From: a virus
Virus record (IMG/VR): IMGVR_UViG_3300023110_001773
Location: 32,001-96,000 of that record
DNA: 64,000 nt
Strand: one strand, 5' to 3'
In this document: positions 26,837 through 36,532 of the stretch, in pieces
Numbering within the stretch: position 1 is the first letter of the stretch
How the letters are laid out: every line of letters starts with the position of its first letter
Program-made: the position numbers and the translations under genes
Notes under the pieces: model-generated
Told to the model about the DNA's origin: nothing
Database searches by the model: none
The model's input: the letters and a program-made list of their open reading frames with translations, nothing else

Positions 26837-28503
26837 GACATCACCGAATAGTTTTGTTTCTTTTCAAATTTAATCTGACTTCTAAATTTATCAAACAGTT
26901 GATCACCCTTGTGGCTGATAACAAATACATTTGCTTGATCACCGATAGTATTTAGTAGTTGCATAACATAGTCTGTACCATTATTATCCAAAGAACTGTC
27001 AAACACTTCATCCAGTATCAACAAGTTTGTACTAGCACTGTTCTTCATCTTGGCAATTGTTCTCCATGTGAACAAAAGAGCCAAGTCAATACGTTGTTTC
27101 TCACCCTCGCTGAAGGATGCGTAACTAAATTTATCTCGGTGTCTAGATTTGATTGTCTCATTAAACTTCTCATCAAGTTCAAAGTGTACAAAGAAATCCA
27201 TCGACTGCAAATACTTATTAACCAGTTTATTGATAGCCGGTAAGTACTGTTTGATAATTCTAGTTTTAATACCAGTGTCTTTCAATAGATGTGAAACAGC
27301 CAAATTATAATGTTGTTCTTCATTCTTGGCAGAACGCAACTCATTCTTGGATATAACTTCCTTAGCCATCACTCTTAGTTTCTTTTTTTCGTCACTAATA
27401 TCAGTAGAATTTGTTTCCGCATCAGATAACATATCTTTTAATTTTTGTTTGTATCTTTCTTGTCCGATGATGTCAGATTGTACAGAAGATATTTTATCGG
27501 ATATATTTTGCCACTTCAATAATGTACTAGCAACATCATCATATTCCTTCTCCAATCCCTTTAAAGATTTTTCCAGAGAAGATATTTCTTCTGATTTAGT
27601 ATTTGACATATCATGTTTGAAGTCTTCGCAAATCTCCTGTTTACATGTAGGACAATCACTGTTCTCTTCGTAAAACTTTAACTCTTTTTCTGCTCTTTTA
27701 ATATTGGTTGAGAATTTTTCTCTGAAGGAATCGAGTTCTCTTTTTCGTTTCTCAGGTTCACCCAAGTCTGACTTCTCAGCCTCATATTTCTGAAGTTGTT
27801 GTTCATTATTCTCAATTGATGTTGTCGTCTCATTTATAGACTCCTTAATATTGTCAATCTTGGTTGCTTTATCTTTCTCCAAAGTATCAATATAATTTTT
27901 CTGAACTTTGGTTTTGTGTTTAGCAAGTTCTACTTCAGATTCTATTGTGCGAATATCTTCTTTTAGAATGTTCATCTTTTCTTTTAACAAAACATTCATA
28001 GTAGTAAAAATTTGTATGTCGAGAATGTCTTCAATGATCTCTCGTCTAGATGCAAGAGGCAGCTGCATGAAGGGGGTGAAAGAGGCACTACCCAAAATAA
28101 CAATCTGAGTAAATGACTTGTAGTTTAACTTGAGAATACTTTCTTCAAGATACTTTTGGGTGTCTCTGAGTGCCGCATCTTGGTCTAGAAACTTATCGTT
28201 GCAGTATATCTCAAAGACATTTGGTTTCATTCCACGAATTACTTTATACTGTTTTTTTCCAACAGAGAATTCAATTTCAACCAACATCTTTTTACTGTTA
28301 ATTGAGTTTACAAGTTGTGGCTTGTTAATACTTCTAAATGGTTTGTTGAATAATACAAAACACAAAGCATCAAGACAGGTAGACTTACCACTGCCGTTCT
28401 CACCCACAATAAGTGTCGTGGGGTTGCGGGTAAAATCTATCTCAGTAAAATTATTGCCAGTGGAAAGAAAGTTTTTCCACCGCAATTTTTGAAATATAAT
28501 CAT
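26833..28503 (-). CDS. 46: Recombination endonuclease subunit (SbcC/Rad50-like)
   Basis: GENGSGKS, CPTC hook, FSEGE, LDEVFD, ISH. Confidence 0.95.
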   Translation of the reverse strand: MIIFQKLRWKNFLSTGNNFTEIDFTRNPTTLIVGENGSGKSTCLDALCFVLFNKPFRSINKPQLVNSINSKKMLVEIEFSVGKKQYKVIRGMKPNVFEIYCNDKFLDQDAALRDTQKYLEESILKLNYKSFTQIVILGSASFTPFMQLPLASRREIIEDILDIQIFTTMNVLLKEKMNILKEDIRTIESEVELAKHKTKVQKNYIDTLEKDKATKIDNIKESINETTTSIENNEQQLQKYEAEKSDLGEPEKRKRELDSFREKFSTNIKRAEKELKFYEENSDCPTCKQEICEDFKHDMSNTKSEEISSLEKSLKGLEKEYDDVASTLLKWQNISDKISSVQSDIIGQERYKQKLKDMLSDAETNSTDISDEKKKLRVMAKEVISKNELRSAKNEEQHYNLAVSHLLKDTGIKTRIIKQYLPAINKLVNKYLQSMDFFVHFELDEKFNETIKSRHRDKFSYASFSEGEKQRIDLALLFTWRTIAKMKNSASTNLLILDEVFDSSLDNNGTDYVMQLLNTIGDQANVFVISHKGDQLFDKFRSQIKFEKKQNYSVMS

Positions 28504-29348
28504 AAAATAGTCTTTAGTCGGGGAACAATTACTTGTTCAGCATATATGTCATGTTGTTCTGGGGTGGGGTGTGAGGGAGAATTTCTATCTCTTTCTCTAC
28601 CAAAGGCAAGTTGTTCCTTAAAAGGTAAATCGGTGTTATCAAAACACCATTCAAACTCACCACTCGGTATGAAAGAATCCCAATCAATAAGTTTTACTAA
28701 CCAATTTACTTCTGGATGTTCCCAAGAACTTTTAACAAAGGCATCATCAATGTATTTTGCAAAAAAGTACTTGATGTTATTTCTCTTTAAGAATTCTTGG
28801 AGGGTCAAAATACTTTTCATGGTATTAACAACACGAGAAACATCGGTAAGAAAAAACTCCTCCAACATAATACGGCCAAGATCGACATACCTTCTTGTAT
28901 ATTCTGGGTATAAATTTGAATTTGGATCATCTAGGTTTTGTGATATCCACCCAACATTTGTGGGAGAAAAGGGAACCCAGTGTCCGTCTGATCCCTCTAC
29001 AAATTTTACTACAGAAGGAACTGCTTTTCCTTGTGGCAAAATATCATCTCTATGATCTTCTCTGTAATATTCTGCTCTGTCTGCATGAGACCACATGACT
29101 CCTACAACAATTTCATCCGCACCAATGCCAGACTCTATCATACGTTGAAGAACATGGAGAACATTCATCAATATTAGATTGTTGCCTATCGCCGGTATCC
29201 CAGTGTTCATTCCTACCATGTTCATCTTTGAACACACGGACTCTGGCCATGAAACGTTTAACATGTTTGAAGTAAATGAACATCCACCAGCAACAAAGTA
29301 TTTTTGTTCTGGGGATTTGTTTGGAATTTTTACATACTGAATTTTCAT
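28500..29348 (-). CDS. SGNH/GDSL-like hypothetical protein inserted between 47 and 46
   Basis: GCSFT block-I-like motif, IGN, C-terminal SHPTPEQH. Confidence 0.5.
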   Translation of the reverse strand: MKIQYVKIPNKSPEQKYFVAGGCSFTSNMLNVSWPESVCSKMNMVGMNTGIPAIGNNLILMNVLHVLQRMIESGIGADEIVVGVMWSHADRAEYYREDHRDDILPQGKAVPSVVKFVEGSDGHWVPFSPTNVGWISQNLDDPNSNLYPEYTRRYVDLGRIMLEEFFLTDVSRVVNTMKSILTLQEFLKRNNIKYFFAKYIDDAFVKSSWEHPEVNWLVKLIDWDSFIPSGEFEWCFDNTDLPFKEQLAFGRERDRNSPSHPTPEQHDIYAEQVIVPRLKTIL

Positions 29349-29351
29349 TGT

Positions 29352-30404
29352 CTATTCCATATGTTGTGCTTCAACATAGAGTGTTTGCACAACCGATGTA
29401 AGTTTTTCTCTGTCCAAGTCGGTAACAGTATTGCTAATGTAGTCCCTAAGTAATGTCATTGTATCATCTATAGCAAGTTCTACATCATCGCCAACCGCAT
29501 CATCTTCAAACTCAGAGAAGTCTTCTACGATTTTTAATTCTACACAGTTGCAAGTATACAAAGAATCAACTAGTTTGTCAAACTTTAGGAAGTTCTCTTT
29601 CTTTACCACAATAAGCTTAACGCAAGAGCCGACAAGACCAGAAAGATCAAAAGAGCTGTCTCCGTCCATATCGTTATAGAAGAGTTTGTGAAACATTCTG
29701 TAGGGATTTTTGATAAAATCCAGTTCGTTCGATTCCGTATCGTAGATGTGAAATCCTCTGTCATCATCGAAATCAGACCATGTAATCTCATAAGGATTGC
29801 CAAGATAAGTAATGTTATCCCTAGAAGAACGATGATGGAAATGCCCGCTGCAAACCAAATCAAAATGATCAAAGGCATCAGTATCCATTCCGTGAGGGTT
29901 TGGTACACCTTTGTACATTTGGAACCCAGTAAACTCAAAATGCCCAAAACATACTTTGGCATCCGTTGACTTAACAGCATCCATTGTAGTTGTATAATTG
30001 TCACTACATATCCAAGGGACGAATAAAATTTTTCTTTCATCTAACGTTATCTCCGTAACTTCTGGGTAGACATGGATATTGTCATACTCCTTCAACAACA
30101 ATTCCAAAGAGTTTACGTCATTGGTATTTTTATAATATGTGTCATGATTGCCTGGAATCATGTGCAAAGTCATACCAAGGCGTTGTGCCTGCCCAAAAAA
30201 ATACTCCTTGCATGATTTGAGTGTGTTGAAGTTTACAAACTTCCTTCTATCAAACGCATCACCCAAATGTACAATAGTATCTATATTGTTTTCTTGTAAA
30301 TATGGAAAAAAATACTCATCATAGAATTTCTTAAAATACGCATCAAACGCAAGACTGTCTGATCTAGCACCAAAGTGCGTATCAGTAATTAGTGCAACCT
30401 TCAT
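29352..30404 (-). CDS. 47: Recombination endonuclease subunit (SbcD/Mre11-like)
   Basis: DTHFG, LGDAFD, GNHD, GHFH. Confidence 0.95.
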   Translation of the reverse strand: MKVALITDTHFGARSDSLAFDAYFKKFYDEYFFPYLQENNIDTIVHLGDAFDRRKFVNFNTLKSCKEYFFGQAQRLGMTLHMIPGNHDTYYKNTNDVNSLELLLKEYDNIHVYPEVTEITLDERKILFVPWICSDNYTTTMDAVKSTDAKVCFGHFEFTGFQMYKGVPNPHGMDTDAFDHFDLVCSGHFHHRSSRDNITYLGNPYEITWSDFDDDRGFHIYDTESNELDFIKNPYRMFHKLFYNDMDGDSSFDLSGLVGSCVKLIVVKKENFLKFDKLVDSLYTCNCVELKIVEDFSEFEDDAVGDDVELAIDDTMTLLRDYISNTVTDLDREKLTSVVQTLYVEAQHME

Positions 30405-31387
30405 GCAATAGCCTTATTCATCATGTGTGCAAACATGTCATAGTATCCACCCTTTGATAGTAGCACACTCTCATAGTTTCTTCTGTATTCAGAAAGTTTA
30501 TCTGCCATAACAGACGGGTTCTTTAGTTCGATAACCTTTTCTCTAAAATCTTCAAAGTCCTGCACCCTTTGCCAGTCATCAATATTATATGTATTATTCT
30601 CATCATAGTTCTGGTAAACAAAAGGAATCATACCAATCGCCAGGGCCTCAACATACCTTGAAGTAGTGGCGGTAGGGTCTTTCCAGTTGAAACAAAGTGT
30701 TGATCGGCATGGTTCTAGTTTTGGGTACAACTGATTCCAATTTTTAATCCACGCAGACTGTCTTTTCATTCCAGAGGGAAACCCACCTATCAAAACAGTA
30801 GAGATGTCTGGGTCTCTGTAAATCTTTCGCAATACTTTGCCACGATCACACCCGTCTTTCATTCGACCCCAATAACCAAAGTCGTGGTTATGTGTTCGTC
30901 CAAACATTTCAGATATTGCATTTTCAAATCTATCACGAATAAAATGATACTTCATTCCGTGGATGTTGCCTGGAAAATCAATTTCATCTATGACAACAAA
31001 TTTTTTGACGTTTGGCAGAAAACTCCTATAAAGTTCTTCGGTGTCACCTCTGTCACTTCTCCAAATGATCACTGTTTTACCATCAAAGAAAGGTGCAATC
31101 TTTTCAATATGGGACTGAGACTTTGCCAAGTCTTTGGGGTTCATTTGTAACTCACCATGATATCTAAACTCACTATCACTAGGAATTACAATTACATCTG
31201 CCCACTCAATAGACTCTGGTGTACGGACTGGTCGAGTATGGTCAAAAGAAATATTGTATGTGCCATACTCATGTTGTGGATTATTTCTCATCCACTGTAC
31301 ATAGTTCTCCAAGAAACTATCCAACACAGTTTCCAGTGGGCCATTGTACTTTACATTAGATCGCAATCTGGCACAAGCAATTTTCAT
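30401..31387 (-). CDS. GT-B fold glycosyltransferase, T4 beta-glucosyltransferase-like
   Basis: MKIA start, YWGR, TSRYVEALAIGMIPFV (GT-B C-terminal motif); sits at the T4 alpha-gt locus. Confidence 0.5.
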   Translation of the reverse strand: MKIACARLRSNVKYNGPLETVLDSFLENYVQWMRNNPQHEYGTYNISFDHTRPVRTPESIEWADVIVIPSDSEFRYHGELQMNPKDLAKSQSHIEKIAPFFDGKTVIIWRSDRGDTEELYRSFLPNVKKFVVIDEIDFPGNIHGMKYHFIRDRFENAISEMFGRTHNHDFGYWGRMKDGCDRGKVLRKIYRDPDISTVLIGGFPSGMKRQSAWIKNWNQLYPKLEPCRSTLCFNWKDPTATTSRYVEALAIGMIPFVYQNYDENNTYNIDDWQRVQDFEDFREKVIELKNPSVMADKLSEYRRNYESVLLSKGGYYDMFAHMMNKAIA

Positions 31388-31779
31388 GATAACTTCACTC
31401 GGTCTCGCAAACTAGTGGAAGAAAAAGAGTGTTTCCTATTGGTGAATACAACAGGTATGTTTAATTCGTCACCAGTAAATCTTTTGTCCCTATAATCTTC
31501 ACCGACAAACCGTACATCAATTTTTTTAGTGACAAGAATATCCATCAGGCATGTCTCACTTGAGTACGGAATAATTTCATCCACATACTTCAACCCGTCC
31601 AGTTGTATAAATCGTTCGTATACAGACTGCACCGGCGAGTTCTTACCTTTTCTGTCTAAGCTGGGGTCAATCTGCAAACCAACAATCAAGTAATCACATT
31701 TGCTTGATGCCTCTTCCAGCATCACAACATGTCCAGCGTGCAACAAATCAAATGCACCACAAGTAAATCCAACTATCAT
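31384..31779 (-). CDS. TagD-like cytidylyltransferase
   Basis: GAFDLLHAGH, LIVGL, YVDEI, GEDY, RKHSFSST. Confidence 0.85.
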   Translation of the reverse strand: MIVGFTCGAFDLLHAGHVVMLEEASSKCDYLIVGLQIDPSLDRKGKNSPVQSVYERFIQLDGLKYVDEIIPYSSETCLMDILVTKKIDVRFVGEDYRDKRFTGDELNIPVVFTNRKHSFSSTSLRDRVKLS

Positions 31780-32888
31780 CGTATAATATCTATCTTATCA
31801 ATCGTGTCACGGTTCCATACCTCCAACTCTTTTCTTATTCTACCATCAGAATGGAGGTTGTTGTATCTCTTGGTGGCCAGTTTCTTCCACCACTTAATAA
31901 TTTCTGGCAGTTCAAATCTATCAAAGTTTTCTGCCTTTGTCAATGTGTCTGTTTTTCCAAGTAACACATCTTTCACGTTGGAGTATCCATACTCTGACAT
32001 GTAAAACCGTTTGTTTGTTGTTACATCAGTGGATGATTTGATAGTGTCGGTAAATCTTTTGTACTCTTCGGCATCATGTTCCTTGAGAGATGCCTTAACA
32101 ATCCCAACCATCTTGGTTTGATACTTTAGTTTGCGACTAGATGCACCCTTGTGAATCAAAGGTTCTCCGCCGTTTCTTTCCTCAAACCAATCTCTTAGGT
32201 GAAAGTATATATCTTCACCCATAGTCAACAAAAATGATGACATGGTGTCACCCTTGTATCTTAGATAAGGGCGCATACCATCATACATAGATGCACCCTT
32301 TATGTTGCCATAAAGAGATGTCGTCTCAAACAAACAAAACTCCGTGTCATACTTCTTGTTCAACATCCTGCGAACATCATGGGAACAACAGATTGCAGCC
32401 ATGAGTTTACCCCCAAGATAGTTGAAACCAAAAGGTTGAACGGGCACAATGTTGAACCCCATGATTGCACGTTGGTTGAAAATTCCCAGATCGGGAACAC
32501 CGCCGAGGTAGTCGTTTCTGGGTTTTGAGTTGATGAGGGGGGAACCCATCTTAATAAACCCAACGGCTTTATTGGTGTTTGTTTCTTTGACAATCAGTTT
32601 AAGAGTTTTACCTGGCGCCTCATCGGGGGAAAACGAAGCGGTCATCTCCAACATCTGATCAAAGATTTCATTGTTCATTTGAACAACTTCAAAGTCCAAG
32701 TCCTCAGGCGGTGTGTCCCATAACTGAAACATATCGTCTTCAACACTCATACCAAACAGGGGCGGAGGCAAAGCCTTCACCCGTTCAATTTTTCTTGCAC
32801 GAAAGTAATCGTCTATCCTTCCAAACTTGGAAAAATAATCAATAATTAGCTTGCTCGCATACAGCGAGTCTTCTTTGGATAGAATCAT
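31776..32888 (-). CDS. DUF4338/DruA-like (GNAT-related) protein
   Basis: IVPVQPFGFNYLGGKL, ETTSLYG, SMYDG. Confidence 0.55.
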   Translation of the reverse strand: MILSKEDSLYASKLIIDYFSKFGRIDDYFRARKIERVKALPPPLFGMSVEDDMFQLWDTPPEDLDFEVVQMNNEIFDQMLEMTASFSPDEAPGKTLKLIVKETNTNKAVGFIKMGSPLINSKPRNDYLGGVPDLGIFNQRAIMGFNIVPVQPFGFNYLGGKLMAAICCSHDVRRMLNKKYDTEFCLFETTSLYGNIKGASMYDGMRPYLRYKGDTMSSFLLTMGEDIYFHLRDWFEERNGGEPLIHKGASSRKLKYQTKMVGIVKASLKEHDAEEYKRFTDTIKSSTDVTTNKRFYMSEYGYSNVKDVLLGKTDTLTKAENFDRFELPEIIKWWKKLATKRYNNLHSDGRIRKELEVWNRDTIDKIDIIR

Positions 32889-33427
32889 ACAGCAGTCATG
32901 AATTGTGGAATAGGTCTATTAGTCCACTTAGAGAAGTGTGCTTTGTATTTGCGATAGTAAGCTTGATATGCTTCAACAAAGTCATCACATTTTACATCAT
33001 CTGGCATTGCTTGTGGTATCTCGGTCATTGGCCCGTCTGGAATATTTCTTGGTACTGACTTGAGTACATCACCGAGTTTTGTCCAACATGCATGTTGTTT
33101 ACCATAACGATGTGTATATTCTTTTGCAAGTGATTCCCACAACCCATACAACCAGATATAGTTTGCCACGGTGGTTCTTGTCCAGATGGCAGTAGGATGA
33201 TTGATGTGAGATGCTTTATACAATGTGTTTTCCATCATATCATCTGGATGTTTCCATCGCTTGATGTTTCTACCATTAGCAGTTTTGCCAAGATAGATAG
33301 TACCATCTAACACACGATGTGCAGTAGACAACAGTTGTGGATATTCAATGTTCATTTTCACAACGTGTTTGTCGTTGTGAAGTTTTGCAGCTACAGTGTA
33401 GTTGCGGTCAAGTCCAAATGCATTCAT
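32885..33427 (-). CDS. Pyrimidine-dimer glycosylase (DenV-like) family protein
   Basis: DKHVVKM..E..QLLSTAH, HINHP, EYTHRYGKQH, PQAMPD. Confidence 0.6.
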   Translation of the reverse strand: MNAFGLDRNYTVAAKLHNDKHVVKMNIEYPQLLSTAHRVLDGTIYLGKTANGRNIKRWKHPDDMMENTLYKASHINHPTAIWTRTTVANYIWLYGLWESLAKEYTHRYGKQHACWTKLGDVLKSVPRNIPDGPMTEIPQAMPDDVKCDDFVEAYQAYYRKYKAHFSKWTNRPIPQFMTAV

Positions 33428-33453
33428 AATATATACCCCCTAGTATTTGTATC

Positions 33454-33482
33454 ATTATACATATGTTGAGAGCAGATGTCAA
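33454..33482 (-). promoter_or_regulatory. Consensus sigma70 promoter
   Basis: TTGACA-17-TATAAT; drives the DenV-like/DUF4338/TagD/GT/47/46 operon. Confidence 0.8.
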
Positions 33483-34069
33483 GAGTCTTTTAAAGCGTTA
33501 ATTTTTTCTTTAGCTAAGTCCATTGCTTCCTTGTCATTGAAGTATTTTGGTCTGCGTTTCGGAACATTCTTAGATTGATCGGCAAATTTCTCGTTCATCT
33601 TATCAGACTCTTCAATTTGTTTCTTCATATATTCAAGAAATTCATTTGATCCACCGTCCTCTCCGAGTTCATCTAGAATACCATGCAAATCGAGACTCTG
33701 AATGTATCGATATTTTGTATCTAGTTGTTTCTTTTCTTTTTGAATACGCCGAAGAAAAGCATAATAAGTGATCTGTGTAAAATACGCAAAGGGGTTCTTG
33801 GATTTTTCTGGGTCGAAGTTATGAATATATGTGATACAATTTTCAATACCATCAAGGATCATTTCTTCTCGGAAGGTGTAGTTTACAAAGTTAGATTTGT
33901 AAGCCAAGTGATTTGCAATCTTAACGAAACACTCACCGATGTAATTTGACACTCTCGGTTTAGGTTCGCCTTTCTTTTCGGCTTCATTTACTTGTTCTCT
34001 GTATTCTATCATTGCCGCCAAAAACTCTTTGTTGTTGACGTAATGTCTGTTCTCAGTTTTTTTGCTCAT
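33479..34069 (-). CDS. 55: Late sigma factor
   Basis: HYVNNKEFL, NFVNYT, DGIENC, NPFAYFTQI, AFLRRI. Confidence 0.95.
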   Translation of the reverse strand: MSKKTENRHYVNNKEFLAAMIEYREQVNEAEKKGEPKPRVSNYIGECFVKIANHLAYKSNFVNYTFREEMILDGIENCITYIHNFDPEKSKNPFAYFTQITYYAFLRRIQKEKKQLDTKYRYIQSLDLHGILDELGEDGGSNEFLEYMKKQIEESDKMNEKFADQSKNVPKRRPKYFNDKEAMDLAKEKINALKDS

Positions 34070-34099
34070 AATAAAAGTCCTTTAATACTTTATAACACA

Positions 34100-34128
34100 A
34101 GTATAATTTATTTTATAATAAATGTCAA
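34100..34128 (-). promoter_or_regulatory. Sigma70 promoter for gene 55
   Basis: TTGACA-17-TATACT. Confidence 0.7.
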
Positions 34129-34145
34129 TAGTGTTTTGAAAGCCC

Positions 34146-34174
34146 TTGACAGGTGCTCAAAAAATCATTATAAT
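34146..34174 (+). promoter_or_regulatory. Perfect sigma70 promoter firing antisense, with no sense ORF downstream
   Basis: TTGACA-17-TATAAT on the plus strand. Confidence 0.65.
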
Positions 34175-34203
34175 TAGGATGTGCCATTAAGGGATATTAA
34201 GCC

Positions 34204-34608
34204 TTAATGAATTTGATCATTTCCTTTATCTTTTAAAGAATTCATAAATTCTTCTATGGACAAACCGTCTTCAAATTCTGGTTCAAAGTCGTCCATGGCG
34301 TCCATAAAATCCAACCCTTCTTTTTTGTCTTCCATATACCCCTCGGTCATCTTGTAGAATCCCTCTTCATAATGCTGACTGAGCGGCGAAATAGAAATAA
34401 TTTTATCTTGTTTAATAGAATAAAATTCGGAGTCGGTGAAAGCAATCCAAGGGCGCAAAGACAAAGCTTCATGTGTGGAGTTAATTTTTACTCTAGTAAC
34501 TTCTAGAGGTATGGTTGTTTCTAGATGTGTTTCTGATTCAGATACAATACCAGCAATAAGCTGCATGCCGTTATCTAAACAAATAATACTAGGTTTGCAT
34601 TTTACCAT
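34204..34608 (-). CDS. Conserved hypothetical protein between uvsW and 55
   Basis: ORF overlapping the uvsW end; LDNG..LIA, LRPW pattern. Confidence 0.6.
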   Translation of the reverse strand: MVKCKPSIICLDNGMQLIAGIVSESETHLETTIPLEVTRVKINSTHEALSLRPWIAFTDSEFYSIKQDKIISISPLSQHYEEGFYKMTEGYMEDKKEGLDFMDAMDDFEPEFEDGLSIEEFMNSLKDKGNDQIH

Positions 34609-36076
34609 TAGAGTCTATCCTTATAACTTTGTATTCAAAATTTTCTTCATTGTATAATTTAATTCTTTCAAGGACATGATTTAAAGTATAGTTCTTTTTT
34701 GACTTCCATGATAAATCATCACCAACATCAAACAAGTTACAACTTGACTTGTCGTTCCCCTTTCTCAACCCCCTACCAATAGACTGCAAGTTTCTAATCC
34801 TGCTTTTACTTGGAGAGGCAAACACTACATTGTGTAGGTTTCTAATATTTATACCAGTAGAAAATGTACCATATGAGGCTACAATTATAGTGTCTTTTGA
34901 TTGTTCCGTCAACTCACGAATCTTCTCCCTTTGTTCCGTCTCAGTGCCTCCGAAAACAAAGTACACCGATTTATCAGTCATTCCTTTTATCATCTTGTAT
35001 AAGACATCGCCGTGTTTCTCTACATACTGATATAAAACCAACGTATTGCCCTTCTGAGAGGTCGCCAGCTTCGCCAGGATGTCATTGCGTTCTGGGTTAG
35101 ATACTAGGAAGTCCATTTCCTCTTGATAAGACATTTTGGATACAAGTTTTCTTTGTTCATCTGGGTATCCAATTATCATACAGATGATTTTAAGTTCTGC
35201 GAGTTCCTTTTTGTCCATCAATTTTTTGGTTGAGGTCACCTTGAATACTGGCCCAAACACACCCTCTAAGACAAGTTTGTGTGTCTTTGTGCCGTCTAGC
35301 GTACCAGTAGTACCTATTCGGAAACGAGCGTTTTTACATTTGTCCATGAGTGTCATCAAAGACTTCGCTTTGAATAAGTGTGCCTCATCACCGTAGACCA
35401 CATCAAACTGACTGAACCATTCTTGTGGAAATTTGTATATAGATTGCCATGTAGAAATAACTACATCGGCGTTGTTGGATTTTTCTTTCCCGCCATAAAT
35501 TCTGTGACAGTGTTTTGCCACGTTGAACCCGTTGTTACTTGAGTAGTCTCGGAAGTCACCGTACATTTGTTCTACCAGTGAGGTGGTGGGTACTACGATC
35601 AACTGTTTGCGCCCCAGAGCTTGATGATATCTAATCAACGAGTAAATGATAAGTGACTTACCAGATGCAGTCGGCGACAACAACAGAGTCCTACCAGAGT
35701 TTATCGCCTCATGAATAGCAGACTGTTGGTAGTCTCTGGCCTGAATAGGTTTCTTTTGACTGTGAAGTTTAAGGACATTACAAAACTCGGATACTTCTTC
35801 TTTAGAAATCTTTTCACCGAATGGTTCAAGATCGATCTGAATCTCATACTCTAATTGTTTGGCAAACTTAATAAGATAGGGAACCAAACCAATATAGAGT
35901 TCGGCCTTGTTCACATTGTACAAACGAATTTTGCCATCCCAATACTTGTTTCTATAGGATGGCATAAACTTGGCGCCAGGTACTTCAAATGTAAAGAAGT
36001 CTGATATCTCCCGTCTGATACTATCAGATGCTTCTACATAAACATGAACGTTGTCTTTTTGTTTTACCCAGATCAT
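34589..36076 (-). CDS. uvsW: SF2 helicase UvsW
   Basis: SPTASGKS, DEAH, TGT, QSIGRGLR. Confidence 0.95.
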   Translation of the reverse strand: MIWVKQKDNVHVYVEASDSIRREISDFFTFEVPGAKFMPSYRNKYWDGKIRLYNVNKAELYIGLVPYLIKFAKQLEYEIQIDLEPFGEKISKEEVSEFCNVLKLHSQKKPIQARDYQQSAIHEAINSGRTLLLSPTASGKSLIIYSLIRYHQALGRKQLIVVPTTSLVEQMYGDFRDYSSNNGFNVAKHCHRIYGGKEKSNNADVVISTWQSIYKFPQEWFSQFDVVYGDEAHLFKAKSLMTLMDKCKNARFRIGTTGTLDGTKTHKLVLEGVFGPVFKVTSTKKLMDKKELAELKIICMIIGYPDEQRKLVSKMSYQEEMDFLVSNPERNDILAKLATSQKGNTLVLYQYVEKHGDVLYKMIKGMTDKSVYFVFGGTETEQREKIRELTEQSKDTIIVASYGTFSTGINIRNLHNVVFASPSKSRIRNLQSIGRGLRKGNDKSSCNLFDVGDDLSWKSKKNYTLNHVLERIKLYNEENFEYKVIRIDSNGKMQT

Positions 36077-36516
36077 ATGAGCCCAGATTGCATTTTCGTC
36101 CATTCAACAGCAGTCTTGATATCCCAACCTCTGCCATTCAAACTGCGAAGTACTCTGTCTAGAAAATCAACAGTAGTCTCTAGGTAGTAAACTTTATCTT
36201 GTTGTTTGATAACATCTGAATCACTGTCTAGTTGATCTCGCATATCAGACCTAAGAATGGCATTTTTTCTCCAAGGTTCCCACCCCAGAGAATCAAGTTC
36301 TTCTTTGGAAAGTTCTCCACGATAGTAATCTGACTTTACTCTTTCAAGTCTTTTTAAGTCAGCGACTGCCTTTCGGAGTTGGAGTTTTGTGTTTGCTAGA
36401 ATCGTTACATACTTTGAGTGCAGTATGGGAGTCCTAGTTGACTCCCCACCCAAATCTAATTCATCAAGTTTGCAATCTTCAGCCCACATAGACTGAAGTT
36501 CAATAAGTGTAGCCAT
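36073..36516 (-). CDS. uvsY: Recombination mediator UvsY
   Basis: LHSKY, YYRGE, RGWDIKTAVEW. Confidence 0.9.
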   Translation of the reverse strand: MATLIELQSMWAEDCKLDELDLGGESTRTPILHSKYVTILANTKLQLRKAVADLKRLERVKSDYYRGELSKEELDSLGWEPWRKNAILRSDMRDQLDSDSDVIKQQDKVYYLETTVDFLDRVLRSLNGRGWDIKTAVEWTKMQSGLI

Positions 36517-36532
36517 AATAAATTAACCAAAT

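Noticed and set aside
31776-32888. Druantia defence system
   Set aside because: Only a single DruA-like gene, with no DruE helicase or other partners.
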